From contig OY843768.1 in the NCBI GenBank assembly GCA_963693095.2, forward strand, positions 896,001 through 960,000: 64,000 bases of DNA. The letters run 5' to 3'. The DNA is from Cenarchaeum sp. GTDB taxonomy: Archaea; Thermoproteota; Nitrososphaeria; Nitrososphaerales; Nitrosopumilaceae. The notes under the pieces are model-generated. The model was not told where the DNA came from and searched no databases. It saw only the letters and a program-made list of their open reading frames with translations. The position numbers and the translations under genes are program-made. Positions 19,372 to 30,033 of the stretch are shown piece after piece; the stretch's first letter is position 1, and every line of letters starts with the position of its first letter.

Positions 19372-19893
19372 GCGCAGCCTCCCCTAGCGGTTGATGTGCC
19401 ATGCGCACTATGGCATAGATTATGAATACTCGGCACTCCCATTACAGGGTCACAGGGCGGGTGCTGGGATTTAAGCGTTAAGCGGATTCCCGAGAACTGC
19501 AGGCGCTCCGCCTAGACTATACCGTCAGGTCACGCACGGCAGATGCCATAAAGGCCGTGAAGCTGCCAGGGCACGCACACGGCACAGATGAGGGCAAGCT
19601 GGCACCACGGCATGAAGGCACTCAAGGTCCCACACACAGCCTGTCTAGGCCCCGGACAGACCAATGACCCTGTGGTCCCCAGAACAGACGCATGATGAAG
19701 TCACGGTGGGCAGGGTCCCAACTGCTGCCAAGGACTCGCGAAAACCACGGCTTTCCCACGGACGCCACACCCCAAGAGCCCACAGGAGCGCCGGCATGAT
19801 TCACCCTGGCTGCCGATGACACCACGGGCGCTTGAGGGGCAGCCCACCCGCCCGGCAAGGATTTAATTAGCCTCCCCTGCGCGCGTGCGCACG

Positions 19894-20547
19894 TTGTATA
19901 GTGGCGAGCTTGAGGTTCAGGCAAAGCGAAAGGCAGTCGCAGTCCTGCAGGACGAGATAAACCGCATCCTCAACGCCGCACGCGAGCTTGCCGACATGCC
20001 CAAGATGATGGCAAAAAAGGACAAGGCGGGAGTAAAGTCGGCCATAGAGCAGATATCGGGGATCGAGGAGGAGGTCGAGACGCTGCGCCGCAAGATAACC
20101 CGCGAGGTCGCCGATGTGGGCGGCCTCATAATGAACCGCGAGAACCTCCTCAACACCGCATACACGATGGACGAGATAGCCGGATATATCACGGGCATCG
20201 CATTCAAGCTCTCAAACATAAAGCCGGCAACGCTAAAGGTCGCAGGCCTAGGAGACGACATCACAAAGCTGATCGAGCTCGTAGTCGACGAGATATACAA
20301 GCTCAACGAGGTCATTCGCAGCCTCAGCACAAACACGGCAAATGCCATAGAGCACGCGCAGGAGGCCCAGGCCATAGAGCGCGAGATCGACAAAATGTAC
20401 CGCAACCTGACGATAAAGACGCTTGACGAGATCTCCAACACAAAGGAGATGCTCCTCATGAAGGACGTCATCGAGGGCATAGAGGAGATGGCCGACAAGT
20501 GCCAGCATGTCTCTGACTCGTTCATACTCTTGGCGCTGAGCCTCTAG
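19894..20547 (+). CDS. DUF47 / PhoU-like phosphate transport regulator
   Basis: Helical repeats IEEEVETLRR, IEREIDKMYR and IEEMADKC. TTG start inferred. Confidence 0.85.
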   Translation: MYSGELEVQAKRKAVAVLQDEINRILNAARELADMPKMMAKKDKAGVKSAIEQISGIEEEVETLRRKITREVADVGGLIMNRENLLNTAYTMDEIAGYITGIAFKLSNIKPATLKVAGLGDDITKLIELVVDEIYKLNEVIRSLSTNTANAIEHAQEAQAIEREIDKMYRNLTIKTLDEISNTKEMLLMKDVIEGIEEMADKCQHVSDSFILLALSL

Positions 20548-20548
20548 C

Positions 20549-21085
20549 ATGAGGGCAGAGCTCGTCGACGGCAGGGTCGTCGTGTGGAATACCGATGATG
20601 CGGCCCGCCTCTTTGAGTCCGGCTATTACGGAAAGCCAATAGGAATTCCAAAGCCAAAGCCCGGCGAGATCAACGTTCCGCTCATACTCGACCTGTTTGA
20701 GGCGCGCTATCTCGAGGAGCGCGGACTGATAGCAGTGTACGAGGGCGCGCGGCGCGTCTCGCGCAAGTCCCTCCTCGGGGCGTGCAGGGACAACCATGCC
20801 GGATTTGACACAAAGTATGCAGTCTATACCGACTTTAGGGACAAGGGATACATTGTTACGACTGGCATAAAGTTTGGGTGTGACTTTGCAGTCTATGAGC
20901 GCGGGCCGGGAATAGACCATGCGCCATACCTTGTCCAGGCCCATGCGCGCGGCGATGCCATAACGGCGACTGGAACGGTCCTCGCGGGCCGGCTTGCGAC
21001 GACTGTGCGAAAGCAGTTCATACTGGCAATGCCGGACAGGCGCGGCGGTGTTGCGCTAGTTGCGCTTGACTGGTGGAAGGCCTAG
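20549..21085 (+). CDS. endA: tRNA-intron (BHB) splicing endonuclease, catalytic subunit
   Basis: GIKFGCDFAVYERGPGIDHAPYL and RLATTVRK supply the Tyr/His/Lys triad. Single unit of 178 aa. Confidence 0.95.
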   Translation: MRAELVDGRVVVWNTDDAARLFESGYYGKPIGIPKPKPGEINVPLILDLFEARYLEERGLIAVYEGARRVSRKSLLGACRDNHAGFDTKYAVYTDFRDKGYIVTTGIKFGCDFAVYERGPGIDHAPYLVQAHARGDAITATGTVLAGRLATTVRKQFILAMPDRRGGVALVALDWWKA

Positions 21086-21471
21086 GCTGCCTTTACGTGG
21101 CCCGCGATGCGGTCATAGACGTCAAACTCCTCGCGCGTCACGCCAAACTCGTGCGATGCCCTCCACGCGCCATGAATCCGGACTCCCGAGTCAGTCGGCT
21201 CGACGAATATGTCTGCCCCGCCGGTGCCCCTCCTTGCGATCATCTCGTTGAGCTCGCCGTCGGCGTTTAGCGTGTCAGCAAGCGCTCCGGCCCCTGACCA
21301 CCTGACCCCCGTGATGCGCCTTGAGCCACAGTGGCCCTCAGTGGAGACGACTGTGCGCGCCGCGAGCGTGTGCGAGTCAGGCCCGTCATCACGCCTCACG
21401 ACATAGTGGGCCTGAAACCTGTCCATTGCGCCCCACGGCATTACGCTTGGATCCTGTCCCATCATCATCAC
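21082..21471 (-). CDS. Hypothetical protein
   Basis: Coupled to the upstream ORF by an overlapping start/stop; host-like codon usage. Confidence 0.65.
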   Translation of the reverse strand: MMMMGQDPSVMPWGAMDRFQAHYVVRRDDGPDSHTLAARTVVSTEGHCGSRRITGVRWSGAGALADTLNADGELNEMIARRGTGGADIFVEPTDSGVRIHGAWRASHEFGVTREEFDVYDRIAGHVKAA

Positions 21472-21703
21472 CCTTTTTGCACGATATGAACCGCGTCAAT
21501 GTTTGTTCCCGAGACCTCGAGGCTTCCCCTGTTGGTCACCATTCGCGGCGTGCCAGAAAAGACACGCGAGTAATAGTCGCCACCCTCGACGTCTCCGGAG
21601 GCCAGGTCGTTTGGCGTCGACTCGACGCCAATGCCGGCCAGCTTGGAGCAAAACTCCTCGGGGCGCGTCATGCGCACAAACGTGTCAGGCTCGTCGTCAT
21701 GCA
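21468..21703 (-). CDS. Hypothetical protein
   Basis: Probable GTG start near 21703 with a TTTATTT box about 25 nt upstream; same frame as track ORF 21468..21806. Confidence 0.6.
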
Positions 21704-21830
21704 CGCGCGCACGTGCCCAAGCCCCCACAAATAAACATTGACGACCCTTCAGGCTCGGAATCGCACGCGCGCCCAAGCCCGCCACTGGGCACTCGCCTGC
21801 AGGCACGCATTACCGGGGATGCCCCTGTCG

Positions 21831-21951
21831 GCGCCCCCGTGGGTGACCCCGCCCCATGCGGGCGCCCCCCAGGCCGCCGACGCTGGGGGTGCTGCAGGCC
21901 AGACCCCCCAGTGCCCCCACCGGCTCCCGGAGGCCATTCCCCACGGGGCGC
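21831..21951. ncRNA. Candidate structured RNA or GC-rich inverted-repeat element
   Basis: Closing stem GCGCCCC(C)GTGGG / CCCACGGGGCGC with internal CCCCCAG/CTGGGGG stems. No family recognised. Confidence 0.35.
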
Positions 21952-21977
21952 ACATAGGCGCGATTTGTGAGAAGTGC

Positions 21978-21987
21978 TTTTATAATA
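21978..21987. promoter_or_regulatory. TATA box upstream of tbp, possibly bidirectional
   Basis: TTTTATAATA lies 20-30 nt from the tbp ATG and at a similar distance from the structured element on the other strand. Confidence 0.6.
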
Positions 21988-22007
21988 GTGTCGGGGGGTT
22001 GGCTCTC

Positions 22008-22565
22008 ATGCCGCAGTCAAAGCCAGTGGTAAGCATAGAGAACGTCGTGGCCTCAGCCTCTGTCGACCAAAAGATGGACCTCAACGAGATCACAAAGCGC
22101 TTCCCTGACGTAGAGTACCATCCTGACCAGTTCCCCGGCCTCGTCTTTAGGCTCACGAGCCCAAAGACGGCGACGCTCATATTCACGTCAGGCAAGATGG
22201 TCTGCACCGGCTCCAAATCCGAAGAGATGGCCCGCAAGGCCGTAAAGACCGTCGTGCAGCAGCTCAGGGCAGGCGGAATTCCAGTTAAAAAGGAGGCAGT
22301 CGTCGAGATTCAGAATATAGTCGCGTCGATAAACCTCGGCGGCAAGATACACCTAGAGGAGGCCGCAAGAACGCTGCCTCGCAGCATGTACGAGCCAGAG
22401 CAGTTCCCCGGCCTCATACACCGCATGCTCGACCCAAAGACTGTCATACTGCTCTTCTCCTCGGGCAAGCTAGTCTGCACGGGCGCAAAAAAGGAGCCAG
22501 ACGTGAACAGGGCGGTGAACAACCTGCACGCGCTCCTAGAGGAAAAGAACCTCATGATATACTGA
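22008..22565 (+). CDS. tbp: TATA-box binding protein
   Basis: Two repeats of NxVAS...YxPxQFPGL...F.SGK.VCTG. Start is ATG 22008. Confidence 0.98.
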   Translation: MPQSKPVVSIENVVASASVDQKMDLNEITKRFPDVEYHPDQFPGLVFRLTSPKTATLIFTSGKMVCTGSKSEEMARKAVKTVVQQLRAGGIPVKKEAVVEIQNIVASINLGGKIHLEEAARTLPRSMYEPEQFPGLIHRMLDPKTVILLFSSGKLVCTGAKKEPDVNRAVNNLHALLEEKNLMIY

Positions 22566-22663
22566 GTATATAATCTCGTTTTAAATACCAGATATTCCAG
22601 GCGTGACGAGTATATAACGGGCACGCAAACCATATTTAACGTGTTGAGCACACGTAGCCTGCG

Positions 22664-23086
22664 ATGACAAAGATACACTGCGAGTCGGTGATCAACGCCC
22701 CGGCCGATGCCGTGTGGGAGATAATATCTGACATAGACTCCGAGCCTGACCACTGGAAGGGCACAAAGTCGATTAAAAATGTCTCAAGGGAGGGCAACGT
22801 GACGACAAGGGAGGTCACGCTTGCCTTTCGCGACAAGGTGTGCGGCCAGCGCGTCACCCTCGAGCCGCGCAGCACCGTCAGGGCAGAGTTCACCAGCGGG
22901 ATCGTCAGCGGGACAAAGGTCGTGCATGTGCGCGCCGACGGCGAGTCGCGCGCAGTCATCGAGGCCACGTGGGACATTGGAATACGCGGCATGATGGCAA
23001 TGTTTGCGCCAATGCTCGCATCACACGTGAAATCTGGAACTGAAAAGGCACTAGAGTCCATAAGGCTTGCAGCCGAGTCACGATGA
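22664..23086 (+). CDS. SRPBCC/polyketide cyclase family protein
   Basis: N-terminal signature VINAPADAVWEIISD. Confidence 0.85.
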   Translation: MTKIHCESVINAPADAVWEIISDIDSEPDHWKGTKSIKNVSREGNVTTREVTLAFRDKVCGQRVTLEPRSTVRAEFTSGIVSGTKVVHVRADGESRAVIEATWDIGIRGMMAMFAPMLASHVKSGTEKALESIRLAAESR

Positions 23087-24297
23087 GCGAGCTTGCCGTC
23101 ATGGCCGTCCATGCGCTCCTAGCGGCCATAATGTGCGGCGTGGCCGCCACATGGATATGGCTGATCGTCTGCATGCGCCGCACGTTCACGCAGACCCCGC
23201 TCCTCGGCGAGTGCGGCGCGCCGGCAGAGTCACCCCTCGTCTCGGTCATACTGCCGGCAAGAAACGAGGAGGGCTATATCGACGCGTGCGTCTCGTCGCT
23301 GCGCGAGCAGGACTATGCCAACTATGAGGTGATCGCCATAGATGACTCGTCCGAGGACGCGACGGCGAGTATCATCGCGCGCCATGCCGCCGAGGACCCA
23401 AGGGTTCGCCACGTGAGCGCGCGCGCAAAGCCTGACGGGTGGGCCGGCAAGAGCTGGGCCTGCTCAGAGGGGTATGCGGCTGCGCGCGGCGAGCTGCTCC
23501 TGTTCACCGATGCTGACACCATCCACTCGCGCACGGCAATCTCGGCGGCAGTGGCCGACCTGACCGGCCTGGGCCTCGATGCGCTGACAGTCATGCCGAG
23601 AATGCGCTGCGTGGATCCGTGGGCGAGGGTATCACTGCCGGTGATATCCGTCTTCCTGCACACGCGCTTTTCGGCCCTAAAGGTCAACAGCGCGTCGAGC
23701 ACAATGGGCTACTTTTTTGGGAGCTTTTTCATGATGCCGCGCTCGTCCTATGAGGCCCTGGGCACGCACGGCGCCGTCAGGGGCGAGATAGTCGAGGACG
23801 GCGCGCTGGGCCGCCTCGCAAAGGCAGCAGGCATGCGCATAAGGATGGTTCGCGGCGAGGGCGCAGTCAGCGCAGTCTGGTCACGCGACCTCGGCACGCT
23901 CTGGAACGCGCTAAAGCGCCTCATGGTTCCGCTATACCTGCAGGTGGGCCGGCTCGCAGTCGGCATGCTAGTCGGTGTCGCATTTGTACTGCTAGTGCCC
24001 TTTGTGAGCCTTGCATACTCGGCGGTGGCGGCCAGCGCCGGAGTGGCCGGTGCTGCCGCACTCTTTGGCACATCGCTTGTGGCGTCGATCCTGGCAGGCG
24101 TCGGTGCCGCATACGAGACGCGCTTTTTGGGAACGAGGATGCGCGACGCGCTAGGCTCGCCGCTCGGCGGCCTCATCATAACGCTGGGCCTGCTAGCCGG
24201 AATACTCGGGGCGCGCTCTAGGGAGTCAGTCTCCTGGAGGGGCAGGTCGTATGAGATTAGCCGCATAATGGGCGAGTCAGGCGGGCCATACACGTAG
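23083..24297 (+). CDS. Membrane-bound glycosyltransferase family 2
   Basis: VSVILPARNEE, DDSSED, GWAGK, FTDAD and VEDG, plus TM helices. Confidence 0.92.
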   Translation: MSELAVMAVHALLAAIMCGVAATWIWLIVCMRRTFTQTPLLGECGAPAESPLVSVILPARNEEGYIDACVSSLREQDYANYEVIAIDDSSEDATASIIARHAAEDPRVRHVSARAKPDGWAGKSWACSEGYAAARGELLLFTDADTIHSRTAISAAVADLTGLGLDALTVMPRMRCVDPWARVSLPVISVFLHTRFSALKVNSASSTMGYFFGSFFMMPRSSYEALGTHGAVRGEIVEDGALGRLAKAAGMRIRMVRGEGAVSAVWSRDLGTLWNALKRLMVPLYLQVGRLAVGMLVGVAFVLLVPFVSLAYSAVAASAGVAGAAALFGTSLVASILAGVGAAYETRFLGTRMRDALGSPLGGLIITLGLLAGILGARSRESVSWRGRSYEISRIMGESGGPYT

Positions 24298-24352
24298 GAA
24301 CCGCGCGTGTGCCGGCAAGACTTTTAGCAATATGCGCGCCAGACCCAGTGCG

Positions 24353-25543
24353 ATGAGCAGGCTGGAGAGCACCGCTGCCGGAGTCACCGGAGTAGTCATT
24401 GTCGCAATAGCCATACTCGTGGCCCTGATCCCGCAGGCCGACGTTCCCGTGTCGCCCGCGCCCGGAGAGCTCGGCGTTCCGGCGCCTCCGCGCGCGGTTC
24501 CCGAGCCGCGAGTCGTGCCCGTCGAGCCGATCGCGCGCGTGCCCGGCGGGACGATCGCACTTGAGAGCATATTTGAGCGCGTCGAGGGCGGCGTCGTGAG
24601 CGTTCGCGTAATCTCGCCAGACGAGGAGTCCAGGGGTGGCGGCTCGGGCTCGGGGTTTGTCCATGACGCGCAGGGCCACATCATAACGAATGAGCACGTC
24701 GTCGACGAGGGCGGAAAAATCACCGTGACGTTCCTTGACGGGCGCTCGTACAACGCCGAGATCGTCGGAGTCGACACGTTTACCGACATTGCCGTGATAA
24801 AGGCAGATTCAGGTCCGGTGCTCCTGCAGCCACTGCCCATTGGAGACTCGTCAGTCCTAAGGGTGGGCGAGCCCGTGGCGGCGATAGGAAACCCGTTTGG
24901 CCTCTCGGGCTCGATGACATCCGGAATTGTCAGCCAGCTCGGCAGGCTGCTGCCGGTGCAGGAGAGTGACTTTTCCATTCCCGACATCATACAGACTGAC
25001 GCGCCAATAAATCCCGGAAACTCTGGCGGGCCGCTCCTAAATGCCGGAGGCGAGGTGATTGGCATGAACACTGCAATACAGACAAACACCGGACAGTTTG
25101 TCGGGATTGGCTTTGCGATTCCTTCGCAGACCATCTCAAAGGTCGTTCCGCGCCTCATAACTGACGGCGAGTATCGCCATCCGTGGATCGGCGTCTCGGG
25201 AATCGACATATACCCTGACCTTGCGCAGACCCTCGGCCTAGAGGACTCGCGCGGGTTTTTGATATCGGGTGTTGCCAGGGGAGGGCCGGCTGACAGGGGA
25301 GGCCTGCAGGGGAGCAGCGCGATAGTCGAGATCAACGGCGCGCCCGTCTCTATCGGAGGCGACATCATACTTGCCGTGGACGGCATCGACGTCAGAAAGA
25401 TAGACGACATACTCATACACCTGCAGCGTGAAAAGGCCGTTGGCGACTCGATATCGCTCAGGGTCCTGCGTGATGGCGATGAGCGCCTCGTCACGCTCAC
25501 GCTAGACGAGAGGCCGCGCGTAGAGGACGCGCCCTTGAGATAA
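24353..25543 (+). CDS. HtrA/DegP-family serine protease with PDZ domain
   Basis: GSGF, TNEHV, DIAV and INPGNSGGPL; N-terminal TM and C-terminal PDZ. Start is 24332 or 24353. Confidence 0.95.
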   Translation: MSRLESTAAGVTGVVIVAIAILVALIPQADVPVSPAPGELGVPAPPRAVPEPRVVPVEPIARVPGGTIALESIFERVEGGVVSVRVISPDEESRGGGSGSGFVHDAQGHIITNEHVVDEGGKITVTFLDGRSYNAEIVGVDTFTDIAVIKADSGPVLLQPLPIGDSSVLRVGEPVAAIGNPFGLSGSMTSGIVSQLGRLLPVQESDFSIPDIIQTDAPINPGNSGGPLLNAGGEVIGMNTAIQTNTGQFVGIGFAIPSQTISKVVPRLITDGEYRHPWIGVSGIDIYPDLAQTLGLEDSRGFLISGVARGGPADRGGLQGSSAIVEINGAPVSIGGDIILAVDGIDVRKIDDILIHLQREKAVGDSISLRVLRDGDERLVTLTLDERPRVEDAPLR

Positions 25544-25555
25544 ATACGGCAGGCA

Positions 25556-26740
25556 TTGGCGAGCGCGACGTTGGCAGGGCCATCGCTTCAGAGCCTAGTC
25601 ACGGGAGGCGACGTCCCGGAGGCCCTCGGGGTCAGCGACGCGCTAGAGGCATACGAGGCGGCCATGCTCGACCCGTCAGGGCTAATGGCCACCGCACGCG
25701 CCGCGCGCGAGTCCGCAAGGGGCCATATCGTGTCATTCTCCAAAAAGGCGTTTGTGAGCGTGACGACGCTGTGCCGCGATGTCTGCTCGTACTGTGCGTA
25801 CAGGTCAGAGCCCGGCGGCGAGGCGTTTATGCCAGAGGGCGCAGTCAGGGCGCTGCTCGAGAATGCCCGGCGCCACGGCTGCGTCGAGGCGCTCCTCGTT
25901 GCCGGCGAGCGGCCAGAGGAGAGGTATGACGAGGCGTCATCGTGGCTGCGACGCGCCGGCTTTGCGAGCACCGCCGAGTACATTGCGCGCTGCTCCGAGA
26001 TTGCACTAGAGTGTGGCATGTTCCCGCACACAAATGCCGGCAACCTGACTAGCGCAGAGCTTGCGCCCTTGCGCGAGACGAATGCGAGTGTCGGCATGAT
26101 GCTAGAGACGTCAAGTGAGCGCCTCGGCGGGGCCGGCATGCCGCATCATGGGGCACCAAGCAAGCGGCCTGCGGCCAGGATTCGCGCACTAGAGGACGCC
26201 GGACGCGCGGGCATTCCCACGACGACGGGCATACTTGTCGGGATAGGCGAGACGCCGCTTGAGGCAATAGAGTCGCTAGCAGAGATTGGCAGGATAAGCT
26301 CAGAGTACGGGCACATACAGGAGATCATTGTGCAAAACTTTCAGCCAGAGGACGGCACGGCCATGCGCGCCAACGCGCCGGCAGCGGCCGCACACCACGC
26401 GGCAATAGCGGCCATTGCAAGGCTAATGATGCCGTCCATGAACGTGCAGGCGCCGCCAAACCTCACGCCGCACACATACTCACAGCTCCTCTCGGCGGGA
26501 ATAAACGACTGGGGCGGCATATCGCCGGTGACGCCAGACCACGTAAACCCCGCATTTGCGTGGCCCGCAATACGCGAAGTCGAGCGCCACACGCTAAAGG
26601 CAGGCCTTGGGTTCAGGTGCAGGTTTCCCGCATATCCGGAGCGCCTCGCGCAGATGCCATCACGCCTGCGCGACATGGCCCGTGAGTGCGATGACGGGGA
26701 CGGGTATGTGCGCGAGGGGCGCTGGAGGACGGGGCAATGA
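25556..26740 (+). CDS. cofG: FO synthase subunit CofG
   Basis: Radical SAM CRDVCSYC, PHTNAG, QAPPNL and GINDWGGISPVT. Confidence 0.93.
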   Translation: MASATLAGPSLQSLVTGGDVPEALGVSDALEAYEAAMLDPSGLMATARAARESARGHIVSFSKKAFVSVTTLCRDVCSYCAYRSEPGGEAFMPEGAVRALLENARRHGCVEALLVAGERPEERYDEASSWLRRAGFASTAEYIARCSEIALECGMFPHTNAGNLTSAELAPLRETNASVGMMLETSSERLGGAGMPHHGAPSKRPAARIRALEDAGRAGIPTTTGILVGIGETPLEAIESLAEIGRISSEYGHIQEIIVQNFQPEDGTAMRANAPAAAAHHAAIAAIARLMMPSMNVQAPPNLTPHTYSQLLSAGINDWGGISPVTPDHVNPAFAWPAIREVERHTLKAGLGFRCRFPAYPERLAQMPSRLRDMARECDDGDGYVREGRWRTGQ

Positions 26741-28002
26741 GCCTCGTTTGCGACACGCTCATCAGGCGCGCAGAGCCTGCCATAGCCGACGTGCTAGAGG
26801 GCGTGCTGGCCGGCGAGGAGGTGTCAGCCGAGGAGGGCGCACTCTTGTATTCTGCGCGCGGGGCAGACATGCACCTAGTCGGCATGGTCGCCGACGAGCT
26901 GCGCCGGCGCGCGTGCGGGGACACCGTGACATATGTCATAAACCGCAACATTAACTTTACAAACGTCTGCGTAAAGCGCTGCCTCTTTTGCGCGTTTAGC
27001 CGCGACCACCGGACCGAGGAGGGATACATGCTTCCAGTCGAGGAGGTCGCACGACGCGCCGCCGAGGCCCACGAGATGGGCGCAACAGAGGTCTGCATAC
27101 AGGCAGGGCTGCCCCCGGACATGGAGCCAGACCTGTACGAGCGCATATGCGCAGCAGTAAAGCGCGCGGCCCCTGGAATTCACATACATGCGTTCTCGCC
27201 CGAGGAGGTTCTTTACGGCGCAACTGCGGCCGGAACCACAGTCGAGGACTTTGTCATCCGGCTCAAGGACGCCGGAGTCGACACGCTGCCCGGAACGTCA
27301 GCAGAGATACTCGACCAGGGCATACGGGACCGCATATCGCCGGGGAGGATAAGCGTGGAGGACTGGATTCGCGTCATACGCGCCGCGCACCGTGCGGGAA
27401 TAACGACGACATCAACGATGATGTTTGGCCACGTCGAGGACGCCATGGACAGGACGCGCCACATGGCCACAATCAGGGACATACAGCGCGAGACGCGCGG
27501 ATTCACCGAGTTCGTCCCGCTCAACTTTGTGCACGAGGAGGCGCCATTGGGTGCTCGCGAGAGCCTTGGCGCGCGCCACGGGGCAGGCGCGCCAGAGATC
27601 CTCCTCACGCACGCCATTGCGCGCATAATGCTTGCCGGCCACATTGAGAACATACAGATGTCATGGGTAAAGGACGGGCCGATGATGGCGCGCGTCCTGC
27701 TCCACTGGGGCGCCAACGACTTTGGCGGCACGCTGATAAACGAGAGCATATCGACATCAGCCGGCGCGCGCCACGGCCAGCTCCTCAGGCCCGCGCAGAT
27801 ACGCCAGGCCATACGCGATGCGGGCCGCGTGCCGGCCCAGAGGCTGACTGACTATACTGTGGCCAAAGAGTACGCGCGCGGCGGGGACACCGAGGAGGGC
27901 GCCCTCGATGCCGTCGCCGACGAGTCGCGATTTGGCTCGTACGAGGAGCTTGTGAGCATAGACACCTACAGGTACAGGCGTGCGCGCAGGGGAGGCTCCT
28001 GA
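26737..28002 (+). CDS. cofH: FO synthase subunit CofH
   Basis: NRNINFTNVCVKRCLFCAF, PGTSAEIL and GANDFGGTL; follows cofG. Confidence 0.93.
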   Translation: MSLVCDTLIRRAEPAIADVLEGVLAGEEVSAEEGALLYSARGADMHLVGMVADELRRRACGDTVTYVINRNINFTNVCVKRCLFCAFSRDHRTEEGYMLPVEEVARRAAEAHEMGATEVCIQAGLPPDMEPDLYERICAAVKRAAPGIHIHAFSPEEVLYGATAAGTTVEDFVIRLKDAGVDTLPGTSAEILDQGIRDRISPGRISVEDWIRVIRAAHRAGITTTSTMMFGHVEDAMDRTRHMATIRDIQRETRGFTEFVPLNFVHEEAPLGARESLGARHGAGAPEILLTHAIARIMLAGHIENIQMSWVKDGPMMARVLLHWGANDFGGTLINESISTSAGARHGQLLRPAQIRQAIRDAGRVPAQRLTDYTVAKEYARGGDTEEGALDAVADESRFGSYEELVSIDTYRYRRARRGGS

Positions 28003-28093
28003 GCGCCCCACGCGCGCATGGATGCCACTCATAGGCGTATTATACCGCAATAGTACGGTACTCTTTTATAGCCCCCAAATCCGCCCCTGACGC

Positions 28094-28276
28094 ATGAGCC
28101 AGATGATGCTCCAGCGGTCGCGGCTAGCGCCTGTGCAGAGCGCAGGCGTCGTCGTGCCATTCGAGTGTGCCGTGTGCGGGCGCGGTCCGGGCGACGGGAC
28201 TGCGATCACGTCAAGGGCCGAGGCCGGCGTCGAGATGATGCTGTGCGACTCGCACATTGGCACACGCGGCGCATAG
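28094..28276 (+). CDS. Small zinc-ribbon-like protein
   Basis: CAVC...CDSH, with TTTTATA about 24 nt upstream. Confidence 0.55.
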   Translation: MSQMMLQRSRLAPVQSAGVVVPFECAVCGRGPGDGTAITSRAEAGVEMMLCDSHIGTRGA

Positions 28277-28331
28277 GCGCAGCCCACGTTTTTTGGCAAT
28301 GCGCCATGCCCCACCATTTTGCAATGGCAGA

Positions 28332-30032
28332 TTACGCCATCGGCCGAGTCACCGCGCCGTTGGCAGCCGAGCCGACAAGTGAGGCATACTTTGCGAGGGC
28401 ACCACGCACATAGTTTGGCCCCGGTGGCCTCCATGACCTGCGCCGCTCGTCAAGCTCGGCTGCCGGAACGTTGAGCTCAATTGTTCCCCCAGTGATGCTG
28501 ATCGATATTTCGTCACCGTCGCGAACCAGCGCAATGTTTCCCCCGACAAAGGCCTCCGGAGCCGCATGGCCAACCATAAATCCGCGTGTCGCACCAGAGA
28601 ACCTCCCGTCAGTCACCATTGCGACGCGCTCGCCGAGTCCCTGGCCGGCAAGGGCCGCAGTCACGGCGAGCATCTCGCGCATTCCTGGACCGCCACGCGG
28701 ACCCTCATACCTGATGACCACAACGTCACCGGCGACAATCTCGTTTCTCGAGACGGCCTCAAAGGCGTCCTCCTCGCGATCAAACGTGCGTGCGCGGCCG
28801 GTAAACTCGGAGATCTTTACGCCAGACGTCTTTACGACTGCCCCTTCGGGCGCAAGCGAGCCGCGCAGGATCACAGCAGTGCCGCTGGGGTGTATCGGGG
28901 AATCCGGTGCGCTCACGACATCCTGAACCGTGTCAATTGCGACTGACTCGAGGTTCTCGCGCATCGTCTTGCCCGTGACGGTAAGGCAGTCACCGTTTAT
29001 GAGCCCGCGCGACATGAGCATCTTTAGCACGTACGGGATGCCGCCAACCTTGTCGAGATCAAGCATGACGTGGTTGCCGCCGGGCTTCATGTCCGCAATG
29101 TGCGGCGTCTTTTTGCGTATGCGCTCAAAGTCGTCATACGACACGCCCATGTCAAGCTCGGCAGAGAGCGCAAGGATGTGGAGTATGGCGTTCGTCGAGC
29201 CGCCGACGGCGTTGAGCATGGCGATCGCGTTCTCAAAGGCCTCAAACGTCATGATGTCACTTGGGCGCGTGCCTGACTCGAGGAGGCGCACGCACGCCGA
29301 GCCGGCCCTGACGCACACGGCCTCGCGCGCCTCGCCCTCGGCCGGAGGCGACGCGCTGCCCGGAAGGGCGATTCCGAGCGCCTCGGATATCGAGGCCATC
29401 GTGTTGGCAGTAAACATGCCGCCGCACGAGCCGGCGCTCGGGCATGCGTGATCCTCTATCTCCTTGAGCGACTCGGCCGAGAGCGTGCCGGCGTTGTACG
29501 CCCCGACTGCCTCGTACACGTCCTGTATCGTCAGGTTGCGCTCGTCTAGTATGCCCGGCATTATCGTGCCCCCATAGACAAAGACTGACGGTATGTCAAG
29601 GCGGGCCATCGCCATCATTGTGCCCGGAAGGCTCTTGTCGCATCCGGCGATTCCGACTAGCGCGTCATACTGGTGTGCGCGAACCATCAGCTCTATCGAG
29701 TCGGCAATGACCTCGCGGCTCACAAGCGAGGACTTCATGCCCTCATGGCCCATCGCAATCCCGTCACTCACTGCGATAGTCGAGAACTCTCGCGGTGTTG
29801 CGCCGGCCTCCGAGACGCCGCGCTTTGCGCTCTCGGCGAGTCGGCCAAGGTGGATGTTGCATGGTGTCGCCTCGTTTCCGGTATGTGACACGCCGACAAA
29901 GTGTTTTGAGATGTCTGCGTCATCGAGGCCCATGGCCTTGTACATTGCCCTGTGCGGCGCGCGCGCGGCACCCTCCACGACATTGCGGCTCGATATTCCA
30001 TGCGTTCTCGCAGCCGCCGAGGCGTCAGGCAT
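28332..30032 (-). CDS. ilvD: Dihydroxy-acid dehydratase
   Basis: [32 protein letters not shown] and TDGRFSG. Confidence 0.98.
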   Translation of the reverse strand: MPDASAAARTHGISSRNVVEGAARAPHRAMYKAMGLDDADISKHFVGVSHTGNEATPCNIHLGRLAESAKRGVSEAGATPREFSTIAVSDGIAMGHEGMKSSLVSREVIADSIELMVRAHQYDALVGIAGCDKSLPGTMMAMARLDIPSVFVYGGTIMPGILDERNLTIQDVYEAVGAYNAGTLSAESLKEIEDHACPSAGSCGGMFTANTMASISEALGIALPGSASPPAEGEAREAVCVRAGSACVRLLESGTRPSDIMTFEAFENAIAMLNAVGGSTNAILHILALSAELDMGVSYDDFERIRKKTPHIADMKPGGNHVMLDLDKVGGIPYVLKMLMSRGLINGDCLTVTGKTMRENLESVAIDTVQDVVSAPDSPIHPSGTAVILRGSLAPEGAVVKTSGVKISEFTGRARTFDREEDAFEAVSRNEIVAGDVVVIRYEGPRGGPGMREMLAVTAALAGQGLGERVAMVTDGRFSGATRGFMVGHAAPEAFVGGNIALVRDGDEISISITGGTIELNVPAAELDERRRSWRPPGPNYVRGALAKYASLVGSAANGAVTRPMA

Positions 30033-30033
30033 G

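Noticed and set aside
19690-19760. ATGATGA as box C of a C/D sRNA
   Set aside because: No CTGA box D occurs at a suitable distance.
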